From Cirrosporium novae-zelandiae (taxonomy: Eukaryota): a stretch of 64,000 nt of DNA. This document shows, piece after piece, positions 49,026 through 61,900 of this stretch. The stretch spans positions 186,001 through 250,000 of the forward strand of contig JAPETS010000018.1 of the NCBI GenBank assembly GCA_026023565.1, in the 5' to 3' direction. The translations under genes were made by a program, and so were the position numbers. Numbering within the stretch: the first letter of the stretch is position 1; the number at the start of each line of letters is the position of its first letter. The notes below the pieces were generated by a model that did not search any database, had not been told where the DNA came from, and worked only from the letters and a program-made list of their open reading frames with translations.

Positions 49026-49914
49026 ATGGCTTCTCTTCCAGAGCTATTCTCCCTTAAAGGGAAGAATGCTCTTGTTACTGGCGCAACTCGAGGCATTGGA
49101 GCTGAGATGGCAATAGCATTGGCGGAAGCTGGTGCTGATATCATGCTGGTTCAGGTATGAGAGCTCACAATAGCAAGAAGTCAAGCCTGATCTATGACAC
49201 TTGACAGAGGGATGAGAACAATACTTCAACAAAATCCAAAATAGAGGCGTTGGGGAGGAAGTCAGTCATCTACACATGTGATTTATGCTCAGCGGAGTCT
49301 GTCAAAGCCTTGACACCAAAAATCCTCAAGGATGGAAAGCAGATTGATATATTGCTAAATTGTGCTGGGATCCAGAGGCGACATCCCAGCCGTGTTTTCC
49401 CTGATGAAGATTGGAACGAGGTTCGCAATATCCCAGCATCATTGTCCAACATTTCTGATATCAGATGTAGGTTCTCCAAGTCAACCTCACAGCGGTATTT
49501 ACACTATGTCGTGACGTTGGAGCTTCAATGCTAGCGAGGGAACCAGATGGGTATGGGAGAAGAGGCAGTATCATTAACATAGCATCTCTGGCATCATTCC
49601 AAGGTTGTCTAACAGTTCCAGCATATGCAGCGGCAAAAGGGGGAGTTGCTCAACTGACTAAAGCGCTTTCCAATGAATGGGCATCCCAGGGGATATGCGT
49701 CAATGCAATTGCACCAGGGTATATAGCAACAGACATGAACGAAGCATTGATTGCGGATAAGGAACGAGCGGCTAGCATCCTAGCAAGAATACCAGCAGGA
49801 AGATGGGGCACACCAATGGATTTTAAAGGGCCGGCAGTATATCTAGCAAGTCGAGCAAGCAGTTATGTTTCTGGGGAGATTTTAACTGTCGATGGAGGAT
49901 GGATGGGTCGGTAG
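49026..49914 (+). CDS. KduD/IdnO-like SDR (2-deoxy-D-gluconate 3-dehydrogenase / gluconate 5-dehydrogenase family), 2 introns
   Basis: Motifs [56 protein letters not shown] and VDGGWMGR. Confidence 0.92.
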
Positions 49915-51592
49915 ATGGCCAATTGAGCTTTCATAGTTAATCATCTTGTGTGAACATCCATACACCGGCGCCCAGACCGGGGACTCCAAATCTCCACTTT
50001 AGTCTCATCCCCACCTATTCTTGAACTAACATTGAACCCTTCAAAATACGCACTCGCATCAACAAAGCATATCCTCATATCACTTCTAAATTTTCTTAAT
50101 ATGAGCATTATTAACCTAATCCAGCTTTAGCATTAATATCCAAAATACATCAGTTACCAAATACTCTATATTCCACTTAACTCTCCCCACTGCGGGTCGA
50201 GACGGGAGCCATACTCTATCTTTACAATAATCTCAACGTTCTTTGTCATTACCAGTTGCGAATTGTACTTTTCATAAACAGAAATTCGAACTTAGGTAGT
50301 GTGTGGATACTTTCACCTTCTGAGGTTCTTACATCAAAGGTATTGATTTCATTTCAGGTTGTTGCATTGATTCTGTTCAGGTTAGCTAGCCTAATCTAAC
50401 TAACCTTGGGCTCATAGGGTCTCATGTCTTTAGGCCGAGATAGCGGAATGGAAACATGAAATACCAGAAAAGTACTCCCAGATTTCATTCTTGAGGTGGA
50501 TGATGCGGAGGTGGGTTGAATATACCGCCATATATTTGATTTCCTCCATAATGAAAAGACGTTAAGATAATTTATGCTGACCGGCATTCCAGTACGAGCA
50601 TTAGCTCATTATTCAATATGAAACCCCAAATTGTTATAACCAACTTGAATATCCCCATTCTGGATGCTTAAAATCTAGCGGCAAGACCAAATTAAGGGAA
50701 CATGTCTATTTTTCCCTCTATGTGCCACTTCCCAAAAGGAGCTGGCTAAACGCATAACTAAACCTGCGTTTAGTAGATGCTTCAAACTCGTCAATAAGAT
50801 AGCCGAGACAAAAGGTATCAATATTCAAACACCAGACCATACTGCGCAGCGTCTGGGAGACTCCGGGCTCATCAATATTCAGCGGGGCGATCTGAAGTAG
50901 TATCTAGGCAGCCCTTGGGCTAAATGAAAGATGCTGCAGCATTCAGAAAGCGTTAGGTTATTCTATCATCAACGGCTTGATACAAAACTGGGGAAGATAT
51001 GGTCAAGTTTAGAAATGGTTGCATTCTAGATTAACAGATGAACTTCATAATTTTGAGACACCGGGTTTTGAAGAAATTGAAGCTAGGTTGGCATTTACCT
51101 CCAACTAATAGTTGTGCTTATGCGGAAGCTTCTTACGTTATCGAAGGGCAGCAACCAGGTTGTTGCGAGGGGCCAACCAGGTGTGATCTACGTCAGGGAT
51201 AAATTGCACTTGGCGATTTTAGCACATATACCCTAACAAGCATAAAACTCGAAAAGCTTCGTCCCTGGACACAATTACTGCTAACGTCAATCCTGTGAGC
51301 ATAGCATTGACAATTGAAGCTTACCTATGATCTAAAGCCAGAGCCTCCTAGTGCTATTTCATGCTGTCTGGAACCAGGATCTTTGACCATTCTTGTACTG
51401 TACTATATAATCTTTCGATTCAGAAATGTGCCATTTTCCTTTCCCAATAAACTCCTATCATTCCCTTTTCAATTTGTGTCCGAATTCGTTTTTGATTCAT
51501 TCGTACTAGATCTGGTATCTTGACGTTCTTTACGATTAATTTAATTCTTGTTACCCCTAATTTTATTCGTGCTTTGATAGCCCATATTCAAA

Positions 51593-52145
51593 ATGCAGTG
51601 GAAATACGTTACTTTTCTTACCTGCCTGTTCACTACCTTGGCAATCGCTGCCCCTCTAAACAAACGTGCCTTGACTCTTCAATCCTTCAACGAGTTGTCC
51701 ATCAGGTAAATATGAATATATCTATTAATAGGAACCTAGCTTGTCTAATATTCCCTCACCCTCTAGTAATGGTACCGCTGGTAATGCTGAGGCTGAAGCA
51801 AAAGCCAAATTTCCTGTAGGCAGCGATCTCGCCGCCGTCTCCGCAGATGACTTGGACACGCTTCAGACGGAGCGCGAAAGCGCTGAAGCAGCCGAAACCG
51901 AAGCCTTTAATCCGGCTATCGATGATGCAACGGATGATGACGAGGAAACGGCACTGGAGAACGGAAAAATTAAGAATAAAGTCTTGAAGTTGACTGCAGA
52001 GGTGTTGGCATTGCAGATCCAGCAGGCACAGGGAGAGGATACGTCGGACAAGATTGAGGAGGAGCAGGGAAAGTTGGATACTAATATTGCATTAGATAAG
52101 GCAGCAGCAGGTCAGGAGAGCCAGTCTGTGGATTTTGATGGGTAG
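51593..52145 (+). CDS. Small secreted acidic protein of a conserved fungal family, 1 intron
   Basis: Signal peptide MQWKYVTFLTCLFTTLAIA, Kex2-like KR, then ISNGTAGNA, AETEAFNPAI and LENGKIKNKVLKL. Confidence 0.82.
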
Positions 52146-53028
52146 GCGTGTTGTGAGATGAAAGGAATAAATTAGGAAGGGAAGTTGAATGGATGTATAT
52201 GAGGAGATGATGAGTGTGAAGACCTGGCGATAGGTCTGTACTGGTTTAGGCTTAAAAGAATCAATTAATACACAATATCTTGATATCTAGGATATACTGT
52301 GTGTGAACCCCGTGATAGAATCATCTTTACTTCTCCAGGATATATGTTAGTTAAATGTTATTTGGAAGAGAGGTGGTCTGACATCTAGACTGAGGTAAAT
52401 GATAAAATAATATCTTTATGTCAATGCCTCAGGCCTCCTCGGCCTCGCCCCAAGCGGATAGTCGGCAACAGGGTTAAGCAACAATAGCAACTTCGGCCTT
52501 AGTCAACAACCGAATCTAAACCCCATTAATACAACTGGATATCAATATTCAGCTTTCATCACTCCATCCACTCCTCATACCAATCTTCAGTCCTCGTTTA
52601 GATGCCCTTAGCTGGGAGACATGTAGCGTTAGTTATTCCAGAAATGGCATCTTGTGCAACTATCAAATCATGTTTGAACTAAAAACATTGCCGTCTAGGT
52701 CCTCTCTCAATTCCTATGGTTTCACCTTTCCAAATCCTATCCGCATGGGTGACGCTACCTTTGGTGATCAATTCAAGGTAATCCTACAATAGTATGGCAT
52801 CATGATTCAACAGTACCAATACCACTTGTTTTTAGTGATTCTGCTCTCTTTGAATGTTATTGGTAGCTGCATTTCTCTCCACAGCTCCAAGCTCCATAGA
52901 CCACCATGAATAATTTTTATACAAAAAGCCCCATTCCCTTCCTTTTCCTCTTATTTCCTTCTTCTCAGTCACTCCTTTGCATAATACTTTATTTTTTTCC
53001 ATTACTATATAACCTCTAGCTTTTCTCA

Positions 53029-54791
53029 ATGGCCGCACAAGCCCAGGGGAGCACCATCTCAGATTCTGAACTTGGTTCAACGAATCAAGATCAAAACGGT
53101 TCGAATTCAGACCTTGAGATGGCAGAGAAAATAGTTTCTCAGCTAGATATCATACCATCCCCACCTAAAGAAATCGATGCCGACCACCAACTAACCGAAT
53201 GGAGTGGTCCCGATGACCCAGACCATCCATACAATTGGTCTTTCAAACTGAAAATATGGATTAGCATCCTTCTAGCCATTATAACAATCTCAATCGGACT
53301 TTCAAGCAGCATACTCAGTAGTGGCACTGCACAAATCGCCAGCGAGTTCAACATCAGTACCGAGATTACTATTCTAGGAACGAGTCTCTTCTTGCTTGTA
53401 CGTGCGGGCATCCGTATCCTTCTCCCAGCGTGTACTATATACCAGTTACTAACAGACTAAATCAGGGGTTTGTGATTGGTAACTTCCCCCTAACTGCATG
53501 CATATCAGATTCCTCCCCCAATCAACTCACATAAAAAAAATAGGACCTGCGTTTTGGGGTCCCATGAGCGAAAAGATTGGACGCCGATACCCCATTATTG
53601 GTGGCCAAATGGTAGCCTCTATTTTCTGCATCATGGTGGCAGAAGCCAAGAACCCCGCAACTCTCATCGTCGGCCGATTCCTCAGTGGCGTCTTTGGAGC
53701 AGCACCAATAACCATCGTTGGAGGTGCAGTAGCAGATATTTGGAATGCGCTCGATCGTGGAATCGCTCTAGGCGGTGTGGTGGGGATGATTTGGGGTGGG
53801 CCTATTCTCGGTCCCATCATAGGAAACTTTGTCACAGAGAGCTATCTTGGGTGGAGATGGACGATGTGGTTAATGGCCATTTTTGGTGGATCTGTCTCGA
53901 TTATATCTTTTATGAGACTTCCAGAGACCTATGCTCCAATAGTCCTGTCGAAAAAGGCTAGAAGAATTAGGAAGGAGACTGGGAATCCAAACATCAGAAG
54001 CCTATGGGATGAGGAAGAGACCAATTTAGCCATAATTGTTCAAGTCTACCTTGTCCGCCCTTGGGGTACGTCTAAGCCAACCACACACACACACAAGATA
54101 ACCAAACACTAACCCACCCCACTCCCCATCATCAGTCCTCCTCTTCACAGAACCAATCCTAGTCTTCGTCACCGTATACCAAGCCTTCATCTATGGCACC
54201 TGCTACCTCTTCTTCATCGCCTACCCCATCCAATTCCACCAAAACCTCAACTGGCCCCTCGGCCTCTCCTCCCTCCCCTTCCTCGCCATGCTCCTCGGAG
54301 TCCTCCTCGGCACCACCACAATAATTTTCCACACCAAACTTGTCTTCGTGCCCAAAACAATCCAAAACAACAACGTCGTCATCCCGGAACACCGTCTGCC
54401 CTTAATGATCCTAGGCAGCTTCCTCATCCCCCTAGGCCTCTTCTGGTTTGCCTGGACCTCTAACCCAGGGATCCCCTGGCCCGCCGTCGTATTCGCTGGC
54501 GTCCCCATCGGTGCGGGCATGTACATCGTGTTTATCCAGTGTTTCTCCTACGTCATCGACGTCTACCTGCGCATGGCCAGCAGCTCCCTCGCCGTCATGA
54601 GCATCGTCCGAAGTCTCTTCGGCGTTGCGTTCCCACTGTTTGGAACATATATGTATGAGGCACTCGGTGTGGCCTGGGCTACGAGCCTGTTGGGCTTTCT
54701 TAGTGCCCTTATGGTGCCTGTTCCTATTATCTTCTATTTGTATGGACATACTATTCGTATGTGGTCGAAACGTAACTTGAATACGGTATAG
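53029..54791 (+). CDS. MFS drug:H+ antiporter, DHA1 (Tpo1/Flr1-like)
   Basis: Motifs WSGPDDPDHPYNW, GPMSEKIGRR, GRFLSGVFG, GPILGPIIG, LGWRW, PETYAP, PEHRL and LGVAWATSLLGF. Three introns, with a 13-nt microexon at 53466-53478. Confidence 0.93.
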
Positions 54792-54900
54792 GAGAAAGGA
54801 GGAGGGGGGGGGGGTCACGAAATAGAAAACGGGCGGCGAGGGGCGCCCCCGCGAGAAGTAGAGTGCCAAGATTTATGGGGGGGCCTCATTGATAGCTGAG

Positions 54901-55040
54901 GTTCCTGTTGTGTTTTATTTGTATGGACATGCTATCCGTATGTGGTCGTCGAGGCGGGACTTGAATACGATGTAGAAGAAAGGAAGAGGAGAGAGGAGAG
55001 GGAGAGGTGGGCATGGAATAGCGAATGGATGGTGAGAGGG
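54901..55040 (+). repeat. Diverged tandem copy of the last ~24 codons plus 3' flank of the DHA1 gene
   Basis: 54720-54840 versus 54901-55040 (181-bp offset); the copy translates VPVVFYLYGHAIRMWSSRRDLNTM*. Confidence 0.85.
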
Positions 55041-55289
55041 GTTCTTTGTGAGTAACTAGAGGGGGACCTCATTGGTTGGTAGCCGCTGTGATTGATTCAT
55101 CCATCCATCTAGGGGACTGAACTATATATATCGATTCGATTCTCTTCATATATATACTATTTGATATAGATATATTTATTTTTCTAGAAGAACTTCTATA
55201 AATAACACCAAGACCCCCTCCCCCCTCCCCCATCCAAATGTTTATTCCATTTACCAAAAAAGAAAAGATCGATGTCCATCTTAAATCAT

Positions 55290-55469
55290 AGTTATTACAT
55301 ACATACACATACCTACCACCAAGCCATCCCTTTTCCCCCAGATCCCCTAACCAACCATAAAAAAAAACTAAAAAACTAAATTTTATACTTTCAGATGGAT
55401 GGATGGGAAATAAGTATTTTTGGGGGGGGGGGGGGGTCGTAGCTAGGCTATGTTATATAGATATATCCT

Positions 55470-55500
<31 letters not shown>

Positions 55501-55870
55501 CTAGGTATGTGTCCGCTTGGGTGGTGGCAGATAGGATTGGATAGGATAGGATAGGATATATCCCACGTTTGTTTTTTTTTTGGTTTGGTTTGGTTGGGTA
55601 GGTAAGTAAGTATAAGTGTTTGGCTTGTCTTTTTAATATTGGGTCCTCCTGACCCCGACCCCGACTCCCCTAGTATGTATTGTATATATATGTTTCAAAG
55701 GGAGAGAGAGGGAGGGAGAGAGAAAGCGTAGTAACTAACAACCAACCAAGCAAATAATCGATATTGGAATTATTTATCCCCGAGACCCCGTCTCCCATCC
55801 ATCCATCCGTCCATCACATCAAAATCGATATAATCCCCTTCCCTTCCCTATAGGTATATATATAGATCAC
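55290..55870. repeat. Cluster of simple-sequence repeats
   Basis: G15 at 55422-55436 and (AAC)10 at 55470-55499, plus (GGATA)n, (CATC)n, (TACA)n and (GA)n tracts. Confidence 0.85.
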
Positions 55871-58571
55871 GGATGAGCACCATCCCACGGCTCTAAATCC
55901 TCCAACATAGCATCCCCAAACACGCTATCCCAAACATGTGGTTGAATGAGCGTTCTAGGGTTATAGATATCGTCCAAATGAAGCGCGGGATCAGCGTTTT
56001 CGAATAGGAAGTCTGAGGGGTTGGGAAGGTGGGGTTGTATGGTCGCGGTAGTAGTGGTCGCGGTGCTGGTGATGATGTTCATTTCATCGGAATTGAATTC
56101 CAGTTCTGGGATGGGAGGGGGGGTGGACTGTTTTGTTGCGGGGGGGCTGGCGATTGTGGGGAATAAGGCTGGTGGGGATGGGTTTTGGTGTGGGGGGGAG
56201 GAACCGAGGGGGTTTCCTGGAAGTGGTTGTGGTGGCTGTTGCTGTTGTTGCTGATCTAAGTTTGATAGAGTGTGAGATCCCCCCTCTTCGGCGTTGTGGA
56301 TGATGGAGGCGATGTTTGTGTACCACATCAAGACACGATAGATTCTCGAGCAGTACGAGTCAGGACGCTTTGAGTCTACAACTAGACCAAGCGCATTGGT
56401 GATGGATCTGAGGAGCTCGAGATCCGAGGACCGACTGGGCTCAGAGGAGCTTAGGAAGTCATCGAGTAATTGGTAGAATGCGACGATAGAATAATTGCGG
56501 AAAAGCCTTTGTGAGAGCAGTTAGTGATTTAGCTAATGTGTGAACAATAGGGCTATCATATAATAGTAATAATTAGGTGGTTTGAGAACTGAACTGACCA
56601 TTCGAGTGCCTGGATCCCTCCGGCGTTGAAATAACTCCCACGTAGAAGCTGGATAATTCTTATGGCGGCACGAGCATCAGCCAAGCTTCGCTGGTTGCAA
56701 CTTGAGTAGGCACCGCAGCGATGGACTAAAACATTTACGACGTGGAAAATATATCTAAGCTGAAGGCTCACTATCATGTACGCTCCAGATATTCTAGACC
56801 CTTCCAGGATTGTATGATATGTCGACCACCAAGCGTCCATCTTACCGGAAAGGCGCCTAATATTCTCTTGCTGCTGGGGCCCTGTTTTTTTTATTGCTCT
56901 GGAGGAATATAAATCGTGGTACACCTCCTCCATGACGCACGCCATTGAGACGCTCGCGCGAATGTGTTCTGGATCTTGTGCTGCAACTGAAGGGCAAAGT
57001 CGGATGTCACTCTCGAAAAGATAGAGCTGGCAGGGAATTCCCCCAATCAAGGAACGTTGTTTATCCATAGCAAACAGAGCCCAGAATAGGTTCCTGCGTT
57101 CCGTCTTCTCCTGAGTCGAAGCAGTCGTGGAGATGTAGGCCTCTTGTAATCCCATGGATTTAGCGACCTGGCAAGCCCGACAGAATACTGGCTCGAAAAC
57201 CTTCAGAGGGAAGCAGTCACGCGCAATGAGAGCCTGGCGATTCGTTAGTCGAATCTTTCTTCATTTAAATACCAGAAAATAGTTAAAATATTCTACGGGC
57301 TGGCAGCAAAAATGAAGATAGCTTGACAGATGGGTCTTCACAAAGATGCGGTCTCAATACTTCTACTTTCAACTCTAGAGTTTTAGAGCCTATGGGGAGC
57401 GGACTTACCAATGATGTCAAAGCCTGAACATTAACAAAGCGAGGTCTTGAAATGTCATCCAACTTCTGAAGAGCTCGCTTGCAGTTATCAAAAAGGCTCG
57501 TAAGGGTTTCATAGTCCACACTGGATGGAGAATACGAACAGTCTTGAATCAGCCTTGGTCTGCGAGTCATGGTTAGTAGAATGATATTGTTAAAGCATAA
57601 ACACCATGCCTCATCCCGCTGTACGCCTAACGCGTATTGCTGTTCAATGGCTTTCAAGAAAGTCTCTTTCTGAAAGATAGGAGGCTCCAAAGACACTCCA
57701 TCACAGTAGAGGTCCAATGAAGTATAGAGGAGACTATGAGGAGGTAGAAGTAAGGGCATTCCATCACTAGTCAGATCAATTTCTCGATAAGGTCCAGGAT
57801 ATGGACAATATAGATACCCCCGCTTAACCTCATCCAGGATGGATGGCCTTTTTGCAATTAAAGAAGCCAACCGTAGGGAGCGTGGATGTGGAGGAATTAA
57901 TGGCGATGCCACATTTGGATATTGATAAGAGAGGTCCAAAATAAATCTCTCGACGGTAATCTTGGCGCTGTTGAAAAGAGAAAGTGTTGAACATGCACCA
58001 TAGAATCGTTCATCACCGTTTTCATCCACAACTATATGTGGCGTGCTCTTCAGTAGAGGCTGTTGGGGATCTGAGAATGCATTGGATCTATTCTCAATGC
58101 TATCATTCTGAGACGTTAGGGGTCTAGGTGTTAGTTCCGTCAAAGGTTCTTTGGGAGTGAGATCAGTCCTGATAGATGTCGAAATCATAGCTGTCAACGC
58201 ATCCATCCGCTCTGCCATGCTCAACATGGCATTATCGATATGTCCAAGTCTTGAACTCAGATCCGCAAAGTCATCGACTCTGATCAGGTACAAATTAGTA
58301 TTATGATTAGCTATAGGAACAGGAATATAACCGACAGCTGTTTGGCTACATTTGGCCTCTTTCCTCGATTTGAGAAATCGCAGGCCACATGTGCCTTTTT
58401 GCAATTGGAGCATTCTGGATATTGACGATCGCAACGTACTTTTCTGATACGGCATTGGTCGCATGCCGGCATGTTAGTCGAGCCGGGTGTTGTTGTTACA
58501 GTTGTGGTGTTTGTGGTTGTCGATTGCCGAGTGTCTACAGCGGCGGCATCTTGCCGTGCCAGCTCGTTCAT
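55867..58571 (-). CDS. Zn(II)2Cys6 transcription factor with Fungal_trans domain
   Basis: Motifs ACDQCRIRKVRCDRQYPECSNCKKAHVACDF, ERFYGACS, FVNVQAL, ACQVAKSMGL and ERRNLFWALFAMDK; Pro/Gln-rich acidic C-terminus; several introns. Confidence 0.92.
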
Positions 58572-58916
58572 CTTGCCTTGATATCAAAGAAGGAATCAAA
58601 TCAATTATTTTACTGGAATTATTTTATTAAAATACCAGACTGAGTGATTATAAAGTGCGTTATACCATAATGAATGCAAAGTCCATTGCAAAGTTTGTTT
58701 GCGGACACAGCGGGGCTTACATATTACCTGAATAATTTGAAGCTACCGAGCCCCGACAGGAACCTGACCTAGAATATGAACTATCTTGATAATAAAAAGA
58801 CTTGCAGCGTTCTGTTGGTCTGCTAAAATAATGTGTGGCTAGTATTGGTATCATCATGTCATCTAGTATTAATAAGATAGGCGTCTCTTGCTTTCGAGAG
58901 ATCACTCAAATGCCTA

Positions 58917-61900
58917 TCAACCTTCCGTATCGCCGTGGTCTCGCATATTCGCCACATCAAAGTCTTCGCCACTCCATCCGTGTCTACGCCTGGGCCCTTG
59001 CGCTCTGTCCATTATCAACTCATTACCATTTTCTCCAGTGTATCTGATTCCCACCGTTTTCTCTCGTTTATCCTTCTTTTCCCCAAAGTTGTGCAAGCGC
59101 TCCCCAATTAAATAAACTTCGTCTCTGATCTTGGCTCTCCATTTACCCATTTGGACGCCAACCATGTACACGCTCCAGAATGTACCAGCTAATGCCATCA
59201 CGATAGGATATGCATACCTAAACATCTTCGCCTGATCATCTGTGTCTGCGTTCACACCAGCATAGATATAATTGAGTGCCCAGCCTACAGGTAGCGGTAT
59301 CAGAGTGCCCACCAGAGCTAGGGCCACCGCAGGGAGGAAAAACCCTTTCGTTGCAAGCAATGCATCTGGTTTTAATATTCCGTCTCTGAAGATGGCTCTC
59401 AACGCGGTTGCAGGCCTGGAATTTGTATCCCATAGAATTAATCTGGTGGCTGTTTTCACGTAGAGCACGCCAAGAGTCCAATCCTGAATAAAGTGAACAA
59501 TGTGGCGGTCTGAGCTGCCGGCGAAATATGTGTGTAGGGGAATCACGATGTAGAGTTCCATAAGCAAGGCAAAAAGGGAAGGGAGGAAGAATGCAAAGGC
59601 ACTGTAGGTGTAGATGAAGGTGAGGATAAAGCCAAGAGATTTGCGGATATGGACAAGACTCTGGGTGAGAGAGTGGGATCTTGTGGATAGGTAGCGCTGG
59701 GCAACGCCAAATAACTTGTAGGCGTAGAAGAGGATATAACCAATGGTACCGAGGACAGAGATTCCAGTCGAGAAGGAGTAAATGTCACTAATTTGATAAT
59801 TTGGCAACAGAGTAGTGAAAATCCTACGGCCAAGCATTAGAGGGAAAAGGGTTGCAAAAACACCCGTTGCTGCTGCAAAGAGCCAGATGAACACAGCGAA
59901 AAGGCTAACTCGTAATCGAAAACGAGGCGGAATATAGACTTTAGTAAACTTGTCGGATTTGGAACCATGGAGACCGTCTTCCGAGTCAGGTTGGTCATCG
60001 ATTCTCTTATTATCCTCAGTTACTTCCAGAAATACTCGGTGGCCTTTTGGAATCCGGACTTGATCTGATGCAGGAGCCCGGACAAATACTCCATCTTTGA
60101 TGATGATGTTGTTCATGTTGTTCAAGTCCTCTGAGTTTGAACCTGGTTCGTAGCCAGCCACAACGCGGGTATCATGTTTCCAAAATAATATGTACTTCCA
60201 GGTGCGATTCACAACCCGGCCTTCCTCATCCGTCTTTCGATCCCCGAAAAGAAAATCTGTCAATCGCAACGCCCTCGCCACCTTGTGAAACCACCAATCA
60301 TACATAGACTGAAGCCAAGTCGAGGGCCTGATGAAGCGAACCGCCAAGGGCATAAGGAAATTATAAAAGAGTAAATCTATCGGGAATTCCAGAACAGGTT
60401 CATTTGAGGACCAGTGTATGGGCAAAACACCATCAAATGTACATGATATGCCCCATACCACCCCTCCGAGGCATACAAGTACCAAGGCACCATATACCAA
60501 GGCGCTAAAAGTAATCTTTCGCAACTGGGTTGAGATGCTCCGTTCAAGGACATCTCGAACGGGATGGAAAGTTGGATCATCAGGGTCCCGAATGAAATAT
60601 AAAACTCCGCTTCGAAGGATTTTCCGGCACATCGAAACGAATAATGCAAAATGGAACATATAGCAGGTACCCACGAACCAATGTATAAATAAAGAAGTCA
60701 TGGGGGACTCATAGGTAAACTGTATCCTAGTCCAAAAAGTGGCGTTTGCAAAAAGAGGTAACAAGGCGATATCCAAAAGCACACCACAGTAAAGGGGGAA
60801 TACAATCATCTCAATGCCAATTATCAAGATAACCTTCATAACCCCACCTGCTTGTCGCAAAAGATCGGCAAGTGCCCCTTCTACTCTGCCACCATCACGA
60901 GTAGGTGAGAAAATATTTCCTACTTTTAAGTAAATTGCCCCGAGAAAGGAGAACAAAGCATAACCTAGAAGGACTGCAATTATCCGGTCTTTCGTGTTCC
61001 AGTAAGCAAGGTCTAGGTTGGTCCCTGGGATTTTAGTAGAGTTGCCAATAGAGCCGCTGGAAGATGCTCGTTCAGGAGAAAAGAGATCCAAGAACGAGTT
61101 TAATATCCAAGTTTCGATAAAACGGGCACAATCGCTAATATACTTTGGTGATAGGAAAGTGAGAGTGCTGCCCAAAGAGTTCAACTGGAGCTTTTCCCAG
61201 TGTAGGGCACTGATAACACTCGTAGGCATTGCGAAAATCATCGAAATACTATTCCAAAGCTGTGTTTCAACCCTTAGTAACGATTCATGGGATATTATTG
61301 AAAATGCCCGAAATCCGGATTTAGAAAAATCTCGACCAATTGCGATAGCTGTATCAGTCAATCGGTCTAATCCCCCCGAGGCCACCGTCATTGAAAGATT
61401 GCCCAAGGACTCGTTAAGGGCGTACTTATTCATGATTGGAAACACCATTGCCAGTAGAGTGGCGAGAAGACGGAAACTTCGATCTACCCAATAGATGCAG
61501 GATCCAAAAACAAAAAGGCACCCGTCGACAATTACGTCAGCCATTCCTTGAATGAGGTGGAGTGGGGCCATCACAAGGAGTACAAGGGGATCAGCAAGGA
61601 AAAGTAGGACAATCTTGCCCCATATATACGGTAGCCAGATACCCATTGCAACTGTCATGGAGATGAGCACTACACTGAATATGACATTCTGTAGGAGGCC
61701 AAGTATCGGGCCTTGCAGGCCTATTAATTCCATTATTCCTTCCAGGTCCTCTACGTCTTCCACATCCCCGTCATTCTGATTGGCGTTACCGTCTCCACGA
61801 AGAGCAAGGGCCTCATCTTGGATTGGGGCAGGCTCAACATCGTCCAGGTCAATCGGAAGCTGTTGCGGTCGCATATCACGGACAACAGGTACAAATGGGG

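Noticed and set aside
43502..49914. Canonical D-galacturonate (gaaA-gaaC) cluster
   Set aside because: The aldolase's divergent partner is a DgoD-type dehydratase, not a GaaA reductase, and the dehydratase is not GaaB-type.
49920..51590. Short ORFs downstream of the KduD-like SDR (possible fifth cluster gene)
   Set aside because: No coding signal that I can support.
55290..55870. CRISPR-like array or telomeric repeat
   Set aside because: Only mixed microsatellites and homopolymers; no repeat-spacer structure and no TTAGGG array.
53029..58571. Secondary-metabolite cluster around the DHA1 transporter and TF
   Set aside because: No PKS, NRPS, terpene or RiPP backbone gene or repeated core peptide is present in the window.
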